Shown here in pieces: positions 47,394 to 58,260 of a stretch of 64,000 nt of DNA (its first letter is position 1; each line of letters opens with the position of its first letter). This stretch comes from Rebecca billardiae RCC1528. Its lineage: Eukaryota; Protista; Haptophyta. The notes under the pieces were generated by a model. That model had not been told where the DNA came from and made no database searches. It worked only from the letters and a program-made list of their open reading frames with translations. The stretch lies in contig OZ251246.1 of the NCBI GenBank assembly GCA_965240325.2, forward strand, positions 186,001 to 250,000, in the 5' to 3' direction. A program made the translations under genes and the position numbers.

Positions 47394-48788
47394 ATGGCGG
47401 CGCTCCTCGCATCCCGGCGGTGGTGTCGAGAGGACTGGCGCGTCTCCGCGCTGGCGCCCGCGTACGAGGGCGCCGGCGCGTACCGGCGTGACATCGACCG
47501 GCTCGTCGAGCACTGCGCCGCCGTGCAGGCGGCGCTCGGCGCGCGGGAGAGCGCGGACGAGGCCATCCGCAACTTGCCGCGCGGCGGTCAGCGGCATGAG
47601 ATCGCCGCCGCGCTCAAGGCGGGCGCGCGGCTGCGCGGCCTCGAGTCGGACGGGAGCTGCCGGTACTGCTTCCTCTCGCCGTGCATCTGCGCCGCCATCG
47701 AGACCGTCCCCGCCCTCCGCCACCGCGTCTGGCTGCTGCTGCACCACACCGAAGTCTTTCGGCGAACGAATACGGGCAAGCTGCTCGCGCTCGCGTGCCC
47801 GGGCGCGCGGCTCGCGGTGGCAGGCGTGCCTGCGCTGGAGGCGCCCTTGCTCGAGCTCATGGCGCAGGCACGGCCGACCACGGTTGTGCTGTACCCAGGG
47901 CCGGGCTGCATCGGCACGGCGGAGCTGCTCGCCGCGCTGCGCACGAACGCCCGCCCCGTTCACGGAGCGGCCTCTGGTGCTGCGCGCGCGCGCGCGCGCG
48001 CCAGCCCACCGCACGGCGCCGTGCTGCCAGCACTCGACATCGTCCTCCTCGACGCGACATGGACGTGCGCCAAGTCGCTCGTGCGCCGGCTCCCGCCGGA
48101 CGCGCGCTTCGTCCGCATCAACACGGCCGCCGGCGGCGCGCGCTCCCTCTTTGCCACCAGGCACCAGGGCGAGGCGCGCGGCGAGGCGGGGCTGGTCTCA
48201 ACTGCCGAGGCGTGCGCAGCCCTGCTCGACGAGCTGGGCGAGCCGCACGAGCTCGGCGCGGCGCTGCGCGACAACTTCCGGCTGAGCGAGGACACGGTGC
48301 TGCTCCAGTCACGAGGCATGCACAGGCAGCGCTTCGGCTCGTGGACCAAGCTGACGCCGCGAGCGCGCGCGGCCCATCAGGGCCAATCCGGGCCGGGCGG
48401 CGCGCCAGCGCGCCACAGCTCGAGCGACGACGGCCGCGGCGTGGAGAGTGGCGGGGGCGCGCCGGGGAACGTGGATACCGACGACGGCGCGCCGCCCGCG
48501 GAGGACGGGTGCGCCGCGCACGCGAGAACGAGCAGCTCGCCGTGCTCGCGGCCGCGCGGCACAGACCCGCGTGCCGATGGCGGTCGCAGCAGCGGCGCTC
48601 ACGTCTCAGAGCATCAGCAGCAGCAGCCAGGGTCCTCGGGTGCCGACGCCGACGCCCGCCCACCGCTTTGTCTGGCGGCTCCTTGCAACGCCGCCAACCG
48701 CGACGGCCGGCTCGTGCTCGTGGCTGCACACGCCGGGGGCAGAATCGACGAGGACGATGACGCCTTGGTCTTATTGGACTCTGAATGA
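47394..48788 (+). CDS. DTW-domain protein (tRNA-uridine aminocarboxypropyltransferase, TapT/DTWD2-like)
   Basis: CRYCFLSPCIC, LLHHTEVFRRTNTGKL, LLDATWTCAK and VSTAEA motifs. Confidence 0.85.
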   Translation: MAALLASRRWCREDWRVSALAPAYEGAGAYRRDIDRLVEHCAAVQAALGARESADEAIRNLPRGGQRHEIAAALKAGARLRGLESDGSCRYCFLSPCICAAIETVPALRHRVWLLLHHTEVFRRTNTGKLLALACPGARLAVAGVPALEAPLLELMAQARPTTVVLYPGPGCIGTAELLAALRTNARPVHGAASGAARARARASPPHGAVLPALDIVLLDATWTCAKSLVRRLPPDARFVRINTAAGGARSLFATRHQGEARGEAGLVSTAEACAALLDELGEPHELGAALRDNFRLSEDTVLLQSRGMHRQRFGSWTKLTPRARAAHQGQSGPGGAPARHSSSDDGRGVESGGGAPGNVDTDDGAPPAEDGCAAHARTSSSPCSRPRGTDPRADGGRSSGAHVSEHQQQQPGSSGADADARPPLCLAAPCNAANRDGRLVLVAAHAGGRIDEDDDALVLLDSE

Positions 48789-49039
48789 CAGCGCGCACCA
48801 GCAGGACGCGCGCAACTGACGACGACTTTCATCATTTCATGTGAGCATCATCATCATCGACATATTGGTAACGCCGGCGAGCTGCGTGCGAGCTCAGCAT
48901 CATAGAGACAGTAGCAGAGTGGTTGTGGCGCTGTGCACTGGGGTAGTGACTATGATAACAGTGTGGATTGTGGTGTCACGGCAGTGAGGGGTGTGGCCGG
49001 TTTGGAGCCGTGCGTGCTTACCCCCATACTGCCGATTTA

Positions 49040-51352
49040 GGGCCATTCTGGACCCGGCGGAAAAATTTCCGCCGAGGGTATTCGGGGTAAAAGCCCGCTT
49101 TTTCTTGCCGGCATAGCTATGCCGGCAAAAAGTAACGAGCGTTTGGAAAAAATCTCAACTCGACCCCCAGATGAGATTTTTGCCGTATGTACTACTATGG
49201 AAATTGTAAGCTCTATCTGGCGACCTGTCCTTTGTGAAGCCGAAGTTGGGGGGTCGTCGGAACCCGCCCCGCGGTACTGGGCTGCCCCGGCCGGCGCCGA
49301 TCATGGTGTCCCGCCGCCGCACCCGCCCCGCTGCCCCGTGAGCTGGAGCGCGCGGGTGGGAACGGTGCGATCGCGGGTCCACCTTCCCCCACACCAAGCG
49401 ATGTGCTGCGATTCGCTTTCCTCCGTGGTCACCAAGCGCGCGCACGCTCCTGCTCTTGCGCCTCCGCGCCAAATGCGCAGATGTGCGACCGCACGCGACA
49501 GCGTACGCTGACGCTGCATCAGGGCTTGAAGTACGCACTGGTACGGCATAATGCTCTGATTGCGCATACGCCGCGCTTTGCCCCCGCGCGCGTTACCGTC
49601 ATCGTGACGTGCATGCGCATCCGGAGGCATCGAGGAGTGAATCGGCACGAGAGCATGATGTTCACCCTTTTCTTGCGGCGTCGCCAGATGCCGTTCGCGG
49701 TGCCAGTGCGCGCGCCCACGTGCCCCGGCTTTTTGTTATCCACGCGCTACTCAGAAGCCTACGCCGCTTGGTGCTCCCCCTGCACGGGCATCAGCGTGCT
49801 GGCCTTCGTGCCACTCCCAAGGCCAGACGTGCGACTCAGATGGGGCGAATGCGCGACACGCCTTGTTTGTTACCTGTGATGGCATGTACGTTGAGCACTC
49901 GCCGTGCGGCTAGCGCGATTGGTGCTCATTAGGAGTCTTGCGGTGGAGAGCAGTCCAGAGCCTAAGTTGCCAGCGCTTACATCTACACCACCCCTGATCG
50001 CGCGTGACAACTCTCAGCCTCAGGCTGTAAAATGTCATGCTGTGCACTCATGCCAGCTCATCTACTCAACGTCTCACGCCAAACGGCGTTTGGCCGCGAC
50101 TGCGGCTCAGCGCTGGCGACTTTGCCCGGACGTGAGCAAACGTACATTCGCCCCCACAACCGCGCCGGCGCCATTCAAGATGCGCTCGTGCCGACCACTG
50201 TCAGTGCTCTAGTAGCTCACTGAGGACGTGCTCGCGCTTTTCATGCCGACACCAGTGTGCATTGAGCTAGGCGCTCTTGTCACTCGCGCGCGCAAGAGCG
50301 AAGTGAGTACGTACAAGGCCTGGCCAGAGACAAGGGCGGTAAGGGCTGTCAACTCCGAGTGGCGCCGAGTGGCGGAGGTTGGGCGCCCCTCAACTCGTGC
50401 GGCCTCGCGGCGCAGCGGCTAAGTCTCCTGGGGCGCAGCCCTGGAGGGCGCGTGGGGTGCGCACGCCGCGTGCTCCTGCGGCCGCGGCAGCGGCCGCGGA
50501 CACGGCGCGCGTGGTTGGTCGTATCATCTGGCGCGAGGCGGCATGACGCGCGCCCATCATACGTGAGCCTCGCCCCGGGCGCGCGCCCGACCCGCGCCGA
50601 CCGCACCGCGCACCGCGCGCGCGCCGGCGGCTGGCGCGTGGCCACGGCTGGCTCTTGGTGCGGCGCGCGTGCGCGGCTGGCCTGAGGCGCGGCGAGGGCG
50701 CCGGCAAGCGCAGCGCGCGGCGTGAGAGGGTACTACGTGCTGTCTAGCAGGCGACCAACCACGCGCGCCGTGTCCGCGGCCGCTGCCGCGGCCGCAGGAG
50801 CACGCGGCGTGCGCTTCCCCACGCGCCCTCCAGGGCGGCGCCCCAGGAGACTTAGCCGCTGGGCCGCGAGGCCGCACGAGTTGAGGGGCCCAGAACCTCC
50901 GCCACTCGGCGCCACTGGGAGTTGACAGCCCTTACCGCCCTTGCCAGAGATCAGGTGTGGGAGCGCTGCACGCTGCTGCAAAGCCGTGCCTGGTGCCACA
51001 TCTGCAAGTTGGCTGCCGTCCTCGCCGTGCTCGAGCACTTCGCCCAGCGCTAGCGCCCAGCGCGCAAGCACGCCCTTGACCCGCTCACACGCGCATGGCT
51101 CGCGCCGTGCGCCTCGCCGCTGCCCATCGCGACAGGTGTCTACGGGCGGTGCGTGGGCGGCGCTTGCAGCACGGGCGATGGCTGATGGCGTTCTGCGACG
51201 AGCCCCGTTGCGACATCGGTCCGCGTCCTATGAGCTCGCGTTCGATCTCGCGACCTGTAAGTCGTTTCGTACGCGAACCGTCGGCAAGAAAAAACGGGCT
51301 TTTACCCCGAATACCCTCGGCGGAATTTTTTCCGCCGGGTCCAGAATGGCCC
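49040..51352. mobile_element. Non-autonomous PIF/Harbinger-like DNA transposon
   Basis: 71-bp TIRs starting GGGCCATTCTGGACCC (49040-49110 and 51282-51352, 2 mismatches), with TTA target duplication at 49037-39 and 51353-55. No transposase ORF recognised. Confidence 0.88.
50331..50943. mobile_element. Nested 613-bp MITE with ~190-bp TIRs (CA..TG ends; P-element-like or hAT-like)
   Basis: CAAGGGCGGTAAGGGCTGTCAACTCC... (50331-50521) is inverted at 50752-50943, with direct repeat CCAGAGA on both sides. Confidence 0.85.
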
Positions 51353-51389
51353 TTACTGTAGATTGTTGGCGGGCTTGGCGCCGGACATC

Positions 51390-52585
51390 ATGCCCATGGC
51401 GCCTCCGCTGGGCCCTCCATCCGCCTCGCTTCGGAGGCCGCGCGCGCAGCTGGTGCTGGGCGCGCTCGCCGCGATCGCGCTCCTGCCCGGGTGGGCATCT
51501 TCGGCTGGCGCGGCGACGTGCGAGGGCCGCGGCTGCGATGCGTGCGTCGGCTCCCCCTTCGGGCGCGCGCTGCGCAAGCACGAGTCGTCGATCGCGTGCA
51601 TCGTGCTGCAGCCGGGCGACGGCGACAGCGGCGGGAAGAAGGTGCGATGGTCGCGCGGCCCGCAGCACGCGCGCGGCGCCGCGCGCGTGCGCCCCCCGCG
51701 CGTGCAGCTCACCCGGCTCGCCGGCCCGCGCGCCACGCGCACGCTACGCGCGCGCGCGCACCTCTCGCCTTGCGCCGCCGTCGGGTCGGACGCGGCCGCA
51801 GGCGGTTTTTTATCCACGCGTGGATGAGTACTCCGTGATGGAGGTGACCGACTTTGGCGAGGACCTGACGAACATCTGGGTCGCGGTCGAGGGCATGGGC
51901 ACCATCGGGCAGAACGCCGACCTCGAGTGGATCGACCACACGAAGCGCTTCAAGGCCGGGCCGAACGTGCGCGAGCCGCGGCGCCGGCACCGCGCCGGCG
52001 GTCGCTCCCCGCAGCTCGCGGCCGCGCCGTGCCCCGCGGCGCGCCGACCCGCCCGCGCGCCGGCGCGCCCGCCTCGCGCCGCGCCAGGTCGTCCCGTTCT
52101 TCACCGTCATCGTCCACCTCGACATGGGCGTCGTCGAGCGCGTGCAGTGGGACTCGGGCTGCTCCACCTGCTCGTCCGCAAACGCTGCGTGCATGGCGGA
52201 CGACTCGGGCGCGGTCTGCAAGCCGAACGGCGGCAGCATCGGGCCGTGCTCGGACTGCTCGATCTCGGCTTCGGCGTGCACCGACGGCGCGTGCGTGCCG
52301 CGCGTGTACATCGCGTGGCTCGGCACCGACGCGAGCGGAGAGCCGTGCACGAGCGCGGGTGCGCAACGCGCGCCGCGCGGCACGCCCGCGCGCTCGCCGC
52401 CGGCGCGCAACCGGCCGGGAGGCCAGCGGCGTTGCTCACACCGCGCGCCTGGCCGCCGGCGCGCGCGCATCCTGCTGCGCTGCCGCGCAGGCAAAATCAT
52501 CTCGCGCTTCCGCGCGTACTCGATGCGCGGGCTCTACGACTCTGCGTCGGGCAGCTCGGTCGAGCTGAACAACCTGGAAGAGTAG
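51390..52585 (+). CDS. Secreted Cys-rich hypothetical protein
   Basis: Exons 51390-51641, 51802-51966, 52088-52358, 52491-52585 with in-frame GT..AG joins. Signal-like LVLGALAAIALLPGWASSAGA; motifs FYPRVDEY, WDSGCSTC and YIAWLGTDASG...SAG. Confidence 0.75.
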
Positions 52586-53654
52586 CCGCGATGGCGCAAT
52601 CAGTCAGACTCGGCCTCCGCTCAGCAGCTGCAGTGTTCCCATCTCGTGAGCTCCCTTCGGAGCGTTGTCAGCCATCACCGGCAACCGCTCCGTGAATGGC
52701 ATGGCGACCTGGAGGGGACCACCGCGTGTGCCAAGACTGCGGGAGCGCGATTCGGGCGATCACGGTTCGGTCTGACACGGGGCCCCGGGCAGGGGGCGGC
52801 GCGGCCGCGGCCGGGGGGCGCCGGGCGGGACTGCATACGTTTCGGGCGCGCCCGCGCCGGCACCGTTGTCCATCCGACGGCCCAGGATTCGGCGGGCCGG
52901 TCCGACCGCAACGACCGTAGTCAGTCGTCCGCAATTCTACGTGCCGAGGATCACACAGACACACAGTCCGATGTGCCGTGGCCTGCGCGGGACGACCCCG
53001 GAAGACTGTCCCGAGCGGCCGCCGAGGACGCCAGTGCGCAGCCAATTCGCAGCGGGTTACACCAGTGATCGCCGGTATTATGACGAGCGAATTATGAGCT
53101 GTATGGGGGGAAGCTGCTATGATAGAAGCATGCTGTGAATTTACCGCCGATGCTGTTGTATCAACAGGTACTCTTTGCTAGTGTGCAAGCACTCAATGGT
53201 TGGTGATTGGTCAATCAAGAGACATTGAGCAAGCACAAAACGTGAAAGTGAGCACCGGTGTGTCGTTCTGTCGAAAGTTTCTCCCGAAGGGCGATGTCTA
53301 TTTCCGCCTCTCAGACTTCAGACTTGTCCGTGGCTATATTCATCGAACTCGTGCAACCGTCACGCAGCCAGTTTTCTACCGCTTGGGCGTGGTATCTTCC
53401 AGCTCGTGCGGCCTGTTCGGCTCGCAGCGGGTAAGCAGGTCCTCCCTGGCGACTATGTAAAATCACTTTCGAACTTTCTGCGCCTACAATACTCTTCACC
53501 CGATCAAGGCCAATCGTTAGAGAAGTTACAAGAATACGACTGCTTTTAACCACCCGTACGTCGCGACAGCCGGGGCCTGCCGTCGTCGTCGGCGCACCTG
53601 CGCTCGCTCTCTTCCGTGGCGATTCGCCTCGGCGTACTGGCCGGTCGCTGCGGC

Positions 53655-55436
53655 ATGGAGGTGGTGGAGACCACCGCCGGGTCCATGGGTGCCGAGCCGG
53701 CTGTCGGCGGCGCCCCGGCCGCTCCGCCCGCCGCCGAGCCTTCCCCCGCCGCCACCGACACGCTCTCGCCCGCAACGAACGCGGCGCTGCCGCTCCCGGC
53801 GCCGCAGGGGACGAACGGTCCGCACGCGCGCGTGGGCGCGCCTGCCGCAGCCCCGCCGATGGGCGCTCCGGCCACCGCACCTAGCGGCACGGGCGGCGCG
53901 GCGAGCAGGAAGCGCAAGTACGACATCAAATTCAAGGGCGTGTACGCGTGCCGTGGCTCGGGCGCCAACGCGTGGCAGGCCCAGATTCGGATCGGCGGCA
54001 ACATGCACCACCTGGGCGTATACGCGACCGCGGCCGAGGCGGCGCGCGCATACGACGAGCAGGCGCACACCCTGGGCCGGTCGCTCAACTTCCCCGACGA
54101 CCCGCCACCTCTCGGCGCCCCGGGCGCCGCGCCCCCCCGTCCGCCCGTGCGCGCGCGCTCGCGCAAGCCGCAGGCGACGCCAGTGGTGACTGCGATCGTG
54201 TCGCCGTGCGGGCAGTGCGCTTTGGGCTCGGGCTCGGTGGCGGCGATTGCGGGCGCGCCGGCCGGCGCTCCTACCGGCGCACCCGTCGGCGTGCTCGGCA
54301 GCCCCGCGCTCGGCTCGCCCATGGGCGGCTGCGGCGGCGGCCCCCAGGCCTCCGCCGCGCAGCAGGCAGCAGCTGTCGCTTGCGCGCTGCCGCCGACCGC
54401 GTGTGCTGAGGCGGGGCTCTCGCTGCCGCCGCAGCAGCAGGTGGAGATGCTCCTCGAGAGCGCGCGGCAACAGAGCGCGCATCGGGCGCGGCAGGCGCAG
54501 CCGCCACCGACGCACGAGGCGCACGCGTCGCAGGCGCACGCGCACGCGCGCGCGCAGGCGCAGGCCGCGGCTATGCTACTGCACTCCGCGCCAACGCTGG
54601 CCGGGTCGCCGGAGTCGGGGCCGGCGCTCCAACCGCGCAGCGCGCTGCACCAACCTGCGCGCTCGCCCCCGCCCGCCGCCGCCGCCGCCGCGCAGCCGCA
54701 GCCGACGCCGCCGCTCGGCCCAGCGCCCGCACAGCCGCCGCCGAGCGGGCAGGAGCAGCAGGAGCAGCAGCAGCAGCAGCAGCTGCAGCAGCAGCAGCAG
54801 CAGCAGCAGCTGCAGCAGCAGCAGCAGCAGCAGCAGCAGCTGCAGCAGGCGGCAGAGGCGGCGGAGACCACGGAGACGGCGCGCGCGCTCGGGGCTGCGG
54901 CCAGTAGCCTCCTCGCCGCCGCGGTCGACCCAGACGCCGCGGCCGCGGACGGCTTCGTCGGGGACGGCACGACGGCCGGCGCGTGCGCCGGCAGTCCGGA
55001 CGACATCGGCGGCCCTCCCCCAGCGCACGCAGCGGCAGCCGCGCTCGTCCCCGGCCTGCCCGGGCTGGGGGCGACCACCGAGCAGATCGCAACCTCGCTC
55101 GCGGCCCCCTGCATCTTCTCGCAGACGATGGTGCTGGACAGCGCCGCCATCGCAGCGGGCAGCATGCCACTGAGCGGGCCGCCGCCGCAGTGCACCGCGC
55201 CGGACGGCGCAGCGGGCGCAGGGCTGCGACTCACGTCGATCGAGACGCTGCCGCTCGCGCCGCCGCCGATGCCACCGCTCGGCGGCTGCTCGGCAGTCGA
55301 CGTCAAGCCGACAGTCGACGTGCCGAGCGATGCCCTCGCGCTTGGGGCCGGCGCGCGCGGCGCGGCGGACGGTGCGCCGATCTACGCGGCGAGCGCACCG
55401 GCTGAACTCGTCGGCTCAGTCAGCGGCGAACGCTGA
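53655..55436 (+). CDS. AP2/ERF-domain transcription factor with poly-Q tract
   Basis: KFKGVY...WQAQIRIGGNMHHLGVYATAAEAARAYDEQA...LNFP, with A/P/Q-rich low-complexity flanks. Confidence 0.88.
   Translation: MEVVETTAGSMGAEPAVGGAPAAPPAAEPSPAATDTLSPATNAALPLPAPQGTNGPHARVGAPAAAPPMGAPATAPSGTGGAASRKRKYDIKFKGVYACRGSGANAWQAQIRIGGNMHHLGVYATAAEAARAYDEQAHTLGRSLNFPDDPPPLGAPGAAPPRPPVRARSRKPQATPVVTAIVSPCGQCALGSGSVAAIAGAPAGAPTGAPVGVLGSPALGSPMGGCGGGPQASAAQQAAAVACALPPTACAEAGLSLPPQQQVEMLLESARQQSAHRARQAQPPPTHEAHASQAHAHARAQAQAAAMLLHSAPTLAGSPESGPALQPRSALHQPARSPPPAAAAAAQPQPTPPLGPAPAQPPPSGQEQQEQQQQQQLQQQQQQQQLQQQQQQQQQLQQAAEAAETTETARALGAAASSLLAAAVDPDAAAADGFVGDGTTAGACAGSPDDIGGPPPAHAAAAALVPGLPGLGATTEQIATSLAAPCIFSQTMVLDSAAIAAGSMPLSGPPPQCTAPDGAAGAGLRLTSIETLPLAPPPMPPLGGCSAVDVKPTVDVPSDALALGAGARGAADGAPIYAASAPAELVGSVSGER
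54750..54848 (+). repeat. Interrupted (CAG)n coding repeat (poly-Q)
   Basis: CAG runs broken by GAG and CTG codons. Confidence 0.95.
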
Positions 55437-56893
55437 GCAACTTGCGGCACGCCAACGCCAACGGACGGACAGAGTGAGAGGGCGATTGAGTGCGCAGGCG
55501 GGGCCGCCGGTGGGGTCAGGGATGGCTTTCCCCGCGGGCAGCCTGTCGGCGCGTGCTGGCTCGCCCGGGTCGGGGGTCTTTGGCTGCGCGACCGCCGCAT
55601 GGTGCCGCGGTGGCGTAGCGTGCCGGCTGCGGAGTGCGGACTCGAGCCGGGGCGCAGACGTCGTGCTGGCTGCTACCGCTCTGACGCGTGCGCGCCCGTC
55701 GGCGCCCGACTCCGGACCCGCAACAGTCCGTGACTCGGACTCCGTACGTCGCGCCGTGTGCCAGCAATGGCCGTCTGGCGTCTGGCAGTGGCCCGCGCCC
55801 GCGCCCGCGGCCCCGCACAGCCGCTGCGGCTGCCGCCAGTGGCCCTGGGCCCTGGCGGCGAGTCACAGACAGGCTCCGCTGGCGCCGCTCACGCCTCTGA
55901 ATTGACACCGACGACCGCGGCCCGGCCGACGCCGCCCGACGGCGACGCGGGCGACCGGCGAGTCGGGCGACGGGCCGGTCCGACTCACTGATGACCGCGG
56001 ATGAATTGTCATTATTGCTACGACGCTGCATATAATATAACAGTCTTATAGGCGCGGCCTGCGGGGCCGATAGTTATAATCATACTGATTGACGATCTGA
56101 TCTGTGATCACTCACACTGATCATGATGACCGCGATTCATCGGGCTCGCCCGGCGATTGTCGCCGTCGGATCAGAGAGCCTGAGGCACGCACGCGCCCGG
56201 GCTGAGCCTGAGCGCAGGCCGATGGCGATTACTTATCGGAACCGGGTCGTCTCGTCAGGACCGCTTAGACGGCCAGTCGCCCGTCAGTCGCCTCAGTCGG
56301 ACTGCTGTCGTCAGGACGCAGACTCCCGCCGCCACTCCGTCTCCGGACCGGGAGCAGTAGTCACGAGTCTCACTCACGGCCCATCACGGATCACGGGCAC
56401 TCGCGTCAGGCCGCACGCTCGGACGCCGGCACCGGGGTGTGACGGGACCTCCGCGGAGGCCGCCGTGACACTGCAGAGCTGCTGTCACACTGCCGGGCTC
56501 GCGGCCGGGCGCCAAGTACTGCTGTACTGTCCATGGGCCTGAAGTGCCTGAACTCCCGGGCCCGGGCCGGCCGGGGCCCGCGAGTCAGAACGCCAGTGAC
56601 GGGCGAGCCGCTAACGTATGGTCCGCGGGCGCCGGGCCGTGTCGGTGTCACAGGGAGGCGTGGGACCGCAGCCGGTGGCTCGGGCCACGCGGACTCGTAG
56701 CGGACTCACTCGTCAGTGACTCACGGAGCCTGCGCGGCTGCGGCATCAGGCACGCGAGTGACGCAAGAGCGGCGACGCCAGCCGGGCCAGCGGAGTCGCG
56801 GACTGGCGACGGACAGCCGGCGGTAACAAGGACAACTACAGTATAATGTTCGTACGCGGTACTCACACAGTGACAGAGTAGTACTACTACGAC

Positions 56894-57778
56894 TCACTTG
56901 GCTCGGAGCAGGTGCCAGATGGTTGCCGAGACGAGCGCGGCGGCAACGGCGGAGCGGAGCGCGAAGAGCACGCGCCTCTGCCCCGGATCGGCCGCCCCGC
57001 CCCGCCCTTCGCCCGCGAGCGCGCGCTCCGACGCCGCGAGCACCGCCGCGCCGTGCTGCTTCTCGATCGTCTCGCGGCACGCGCGGAGCGGGCGCGAGCC
57101 CTTGTGCCGCTGCAGGTGCCCATCTGGGTGTACGATCGGGATGCGCGGCGGGTTGGCGCCGCCGGGCTGGTCGAGCCACTCGCCGTCGGGCGTGAGCTCC
57201 ATCGCCGCCACCTCGCAGTTCCGCAGCTCCACCGCGAGCAGGTGGCAGATGAAGCCGTGGTGCGTCACGACCACCATGGACGTCTCCGCCCGACGCTGCA
57301 GCCACGCGACAAACGCGCACTGGCGGTCGGCGAGCGCGCGCAGGCCGCCGTCGAGCGGTATCCGCCTCTGCTTGCACCACGGCGCGGGCTTGACGTACCA
57401 CATGTCCTCCACCTCGGACAGGTCAAACTCCACGCCGAACTCGGCGCGCAGCTCCTCAGCCGGCCGGCCGGTGTCGGCGTTCGACGTGCCGATCTCCTGA
57501 ATGAGCGGCGTGGCGACGCGCGGCGCGGAGACGTCGGGCAGCGCGAGCTCGGCGGTCTGCAGCGTGCGGCGGAGGGGTGAGACCACGATCAGCTGCGCAC
57601 CGACCTCGAGCGCCTTCGTGCGTGCCAGCGCCCTCGCCTGCTCGCAGCCCTTGGGCGTGAGGCCCGGGTCGCGTACACTCGAGTCACGCGTGGCATTGTG
57701 CTCGGCCTCGCCGTGGCGCACGAACCACACGCGCTTGCGCTGCGGCGTGGGCGGGGCATGTGCGCCGTTCACGCCCAT
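56894..57778 (-). CDS. Histidine phosphatase / phosphoglycerate mutase-like protein with hydrophobic C-terminus
   Basis: FVRHGEAEHN, DPGLTPKG, VSPLRRTLQTA and VVTHHGF motifs. Confidence 0.88.
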   Translation of the reverse strand: MGVNGAHAPPTPQRKRVWFVRHGEAEHNATRDSSVRDPGLTPKGCEQARALARTKALEVGAQLIVVSPLRRTLQTAELALPDVSAPRVATPLIQEIGTSNADTGRPAEELRAEFGVEFDLSEVEDMWYVKPAPWCKQRRIPLDGGLRALADRQCAFVAWLQRRAETSMVVVTHHGFICHLLAVELRNCEVAAMELTPDGEWLDQPGGANPPRIPIVHPDGHLQRHKGSRPLRACRETIEKQHGAAVLAASERALAGEGRGGAADPGQRRVLFALRSAVAAALVSATIWHLLRAK

Positions 57779-58260
57779 GGCTGGCCGCTCGGCCGCCCGC
57801 GCGTCGCCTCGGCGCTCGCGAGGGCGCACGCCGCCGCTGGCTGGGCCGCTGTGTTGCTGCGCCGCAGCTCTCCCCTGTGATGCGTGTGATGACGCCAGCT
57901 TTTTTCCGGTGATGCTTCCGATCAATTCGCTGCGCGGCAAAACCGCGCGGATCATTTATTCTCGGCGCTTGTTTTCGGCTTTGCACTTTTCTGGCCGCGC
58001 GCGAATTCCGAGGCTCCCGGATCGGCGTTTAATTACGGGTCTTTCCCGAAGCCCCGCTGCGCACGCCGGTGCGCACACAGGCTGCCGAGAGGGTGCCGAC
58101 GAGATGCCGTCCGGGGGCCGCAGCCTGCCGGCGCGCCGACCGAGGGCCGCGCACCTGCTCGGCGTTTCGTCGCTCCGGCCCCGCTCGCCGCCGATTCCGG
58201 GTGGCCCTTTTGTCATCAACGCGCGTCTAGGAGGGCGAGGATCCGCCACGGCCCGTCGCG

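Noticed and set aside
49119-50330. Short ORFs inside the Harbinger-like element as transposase or Myb-like genes
   Set aside because: No DDE or Myb/SANT motif recognisable and frames are fragmented.
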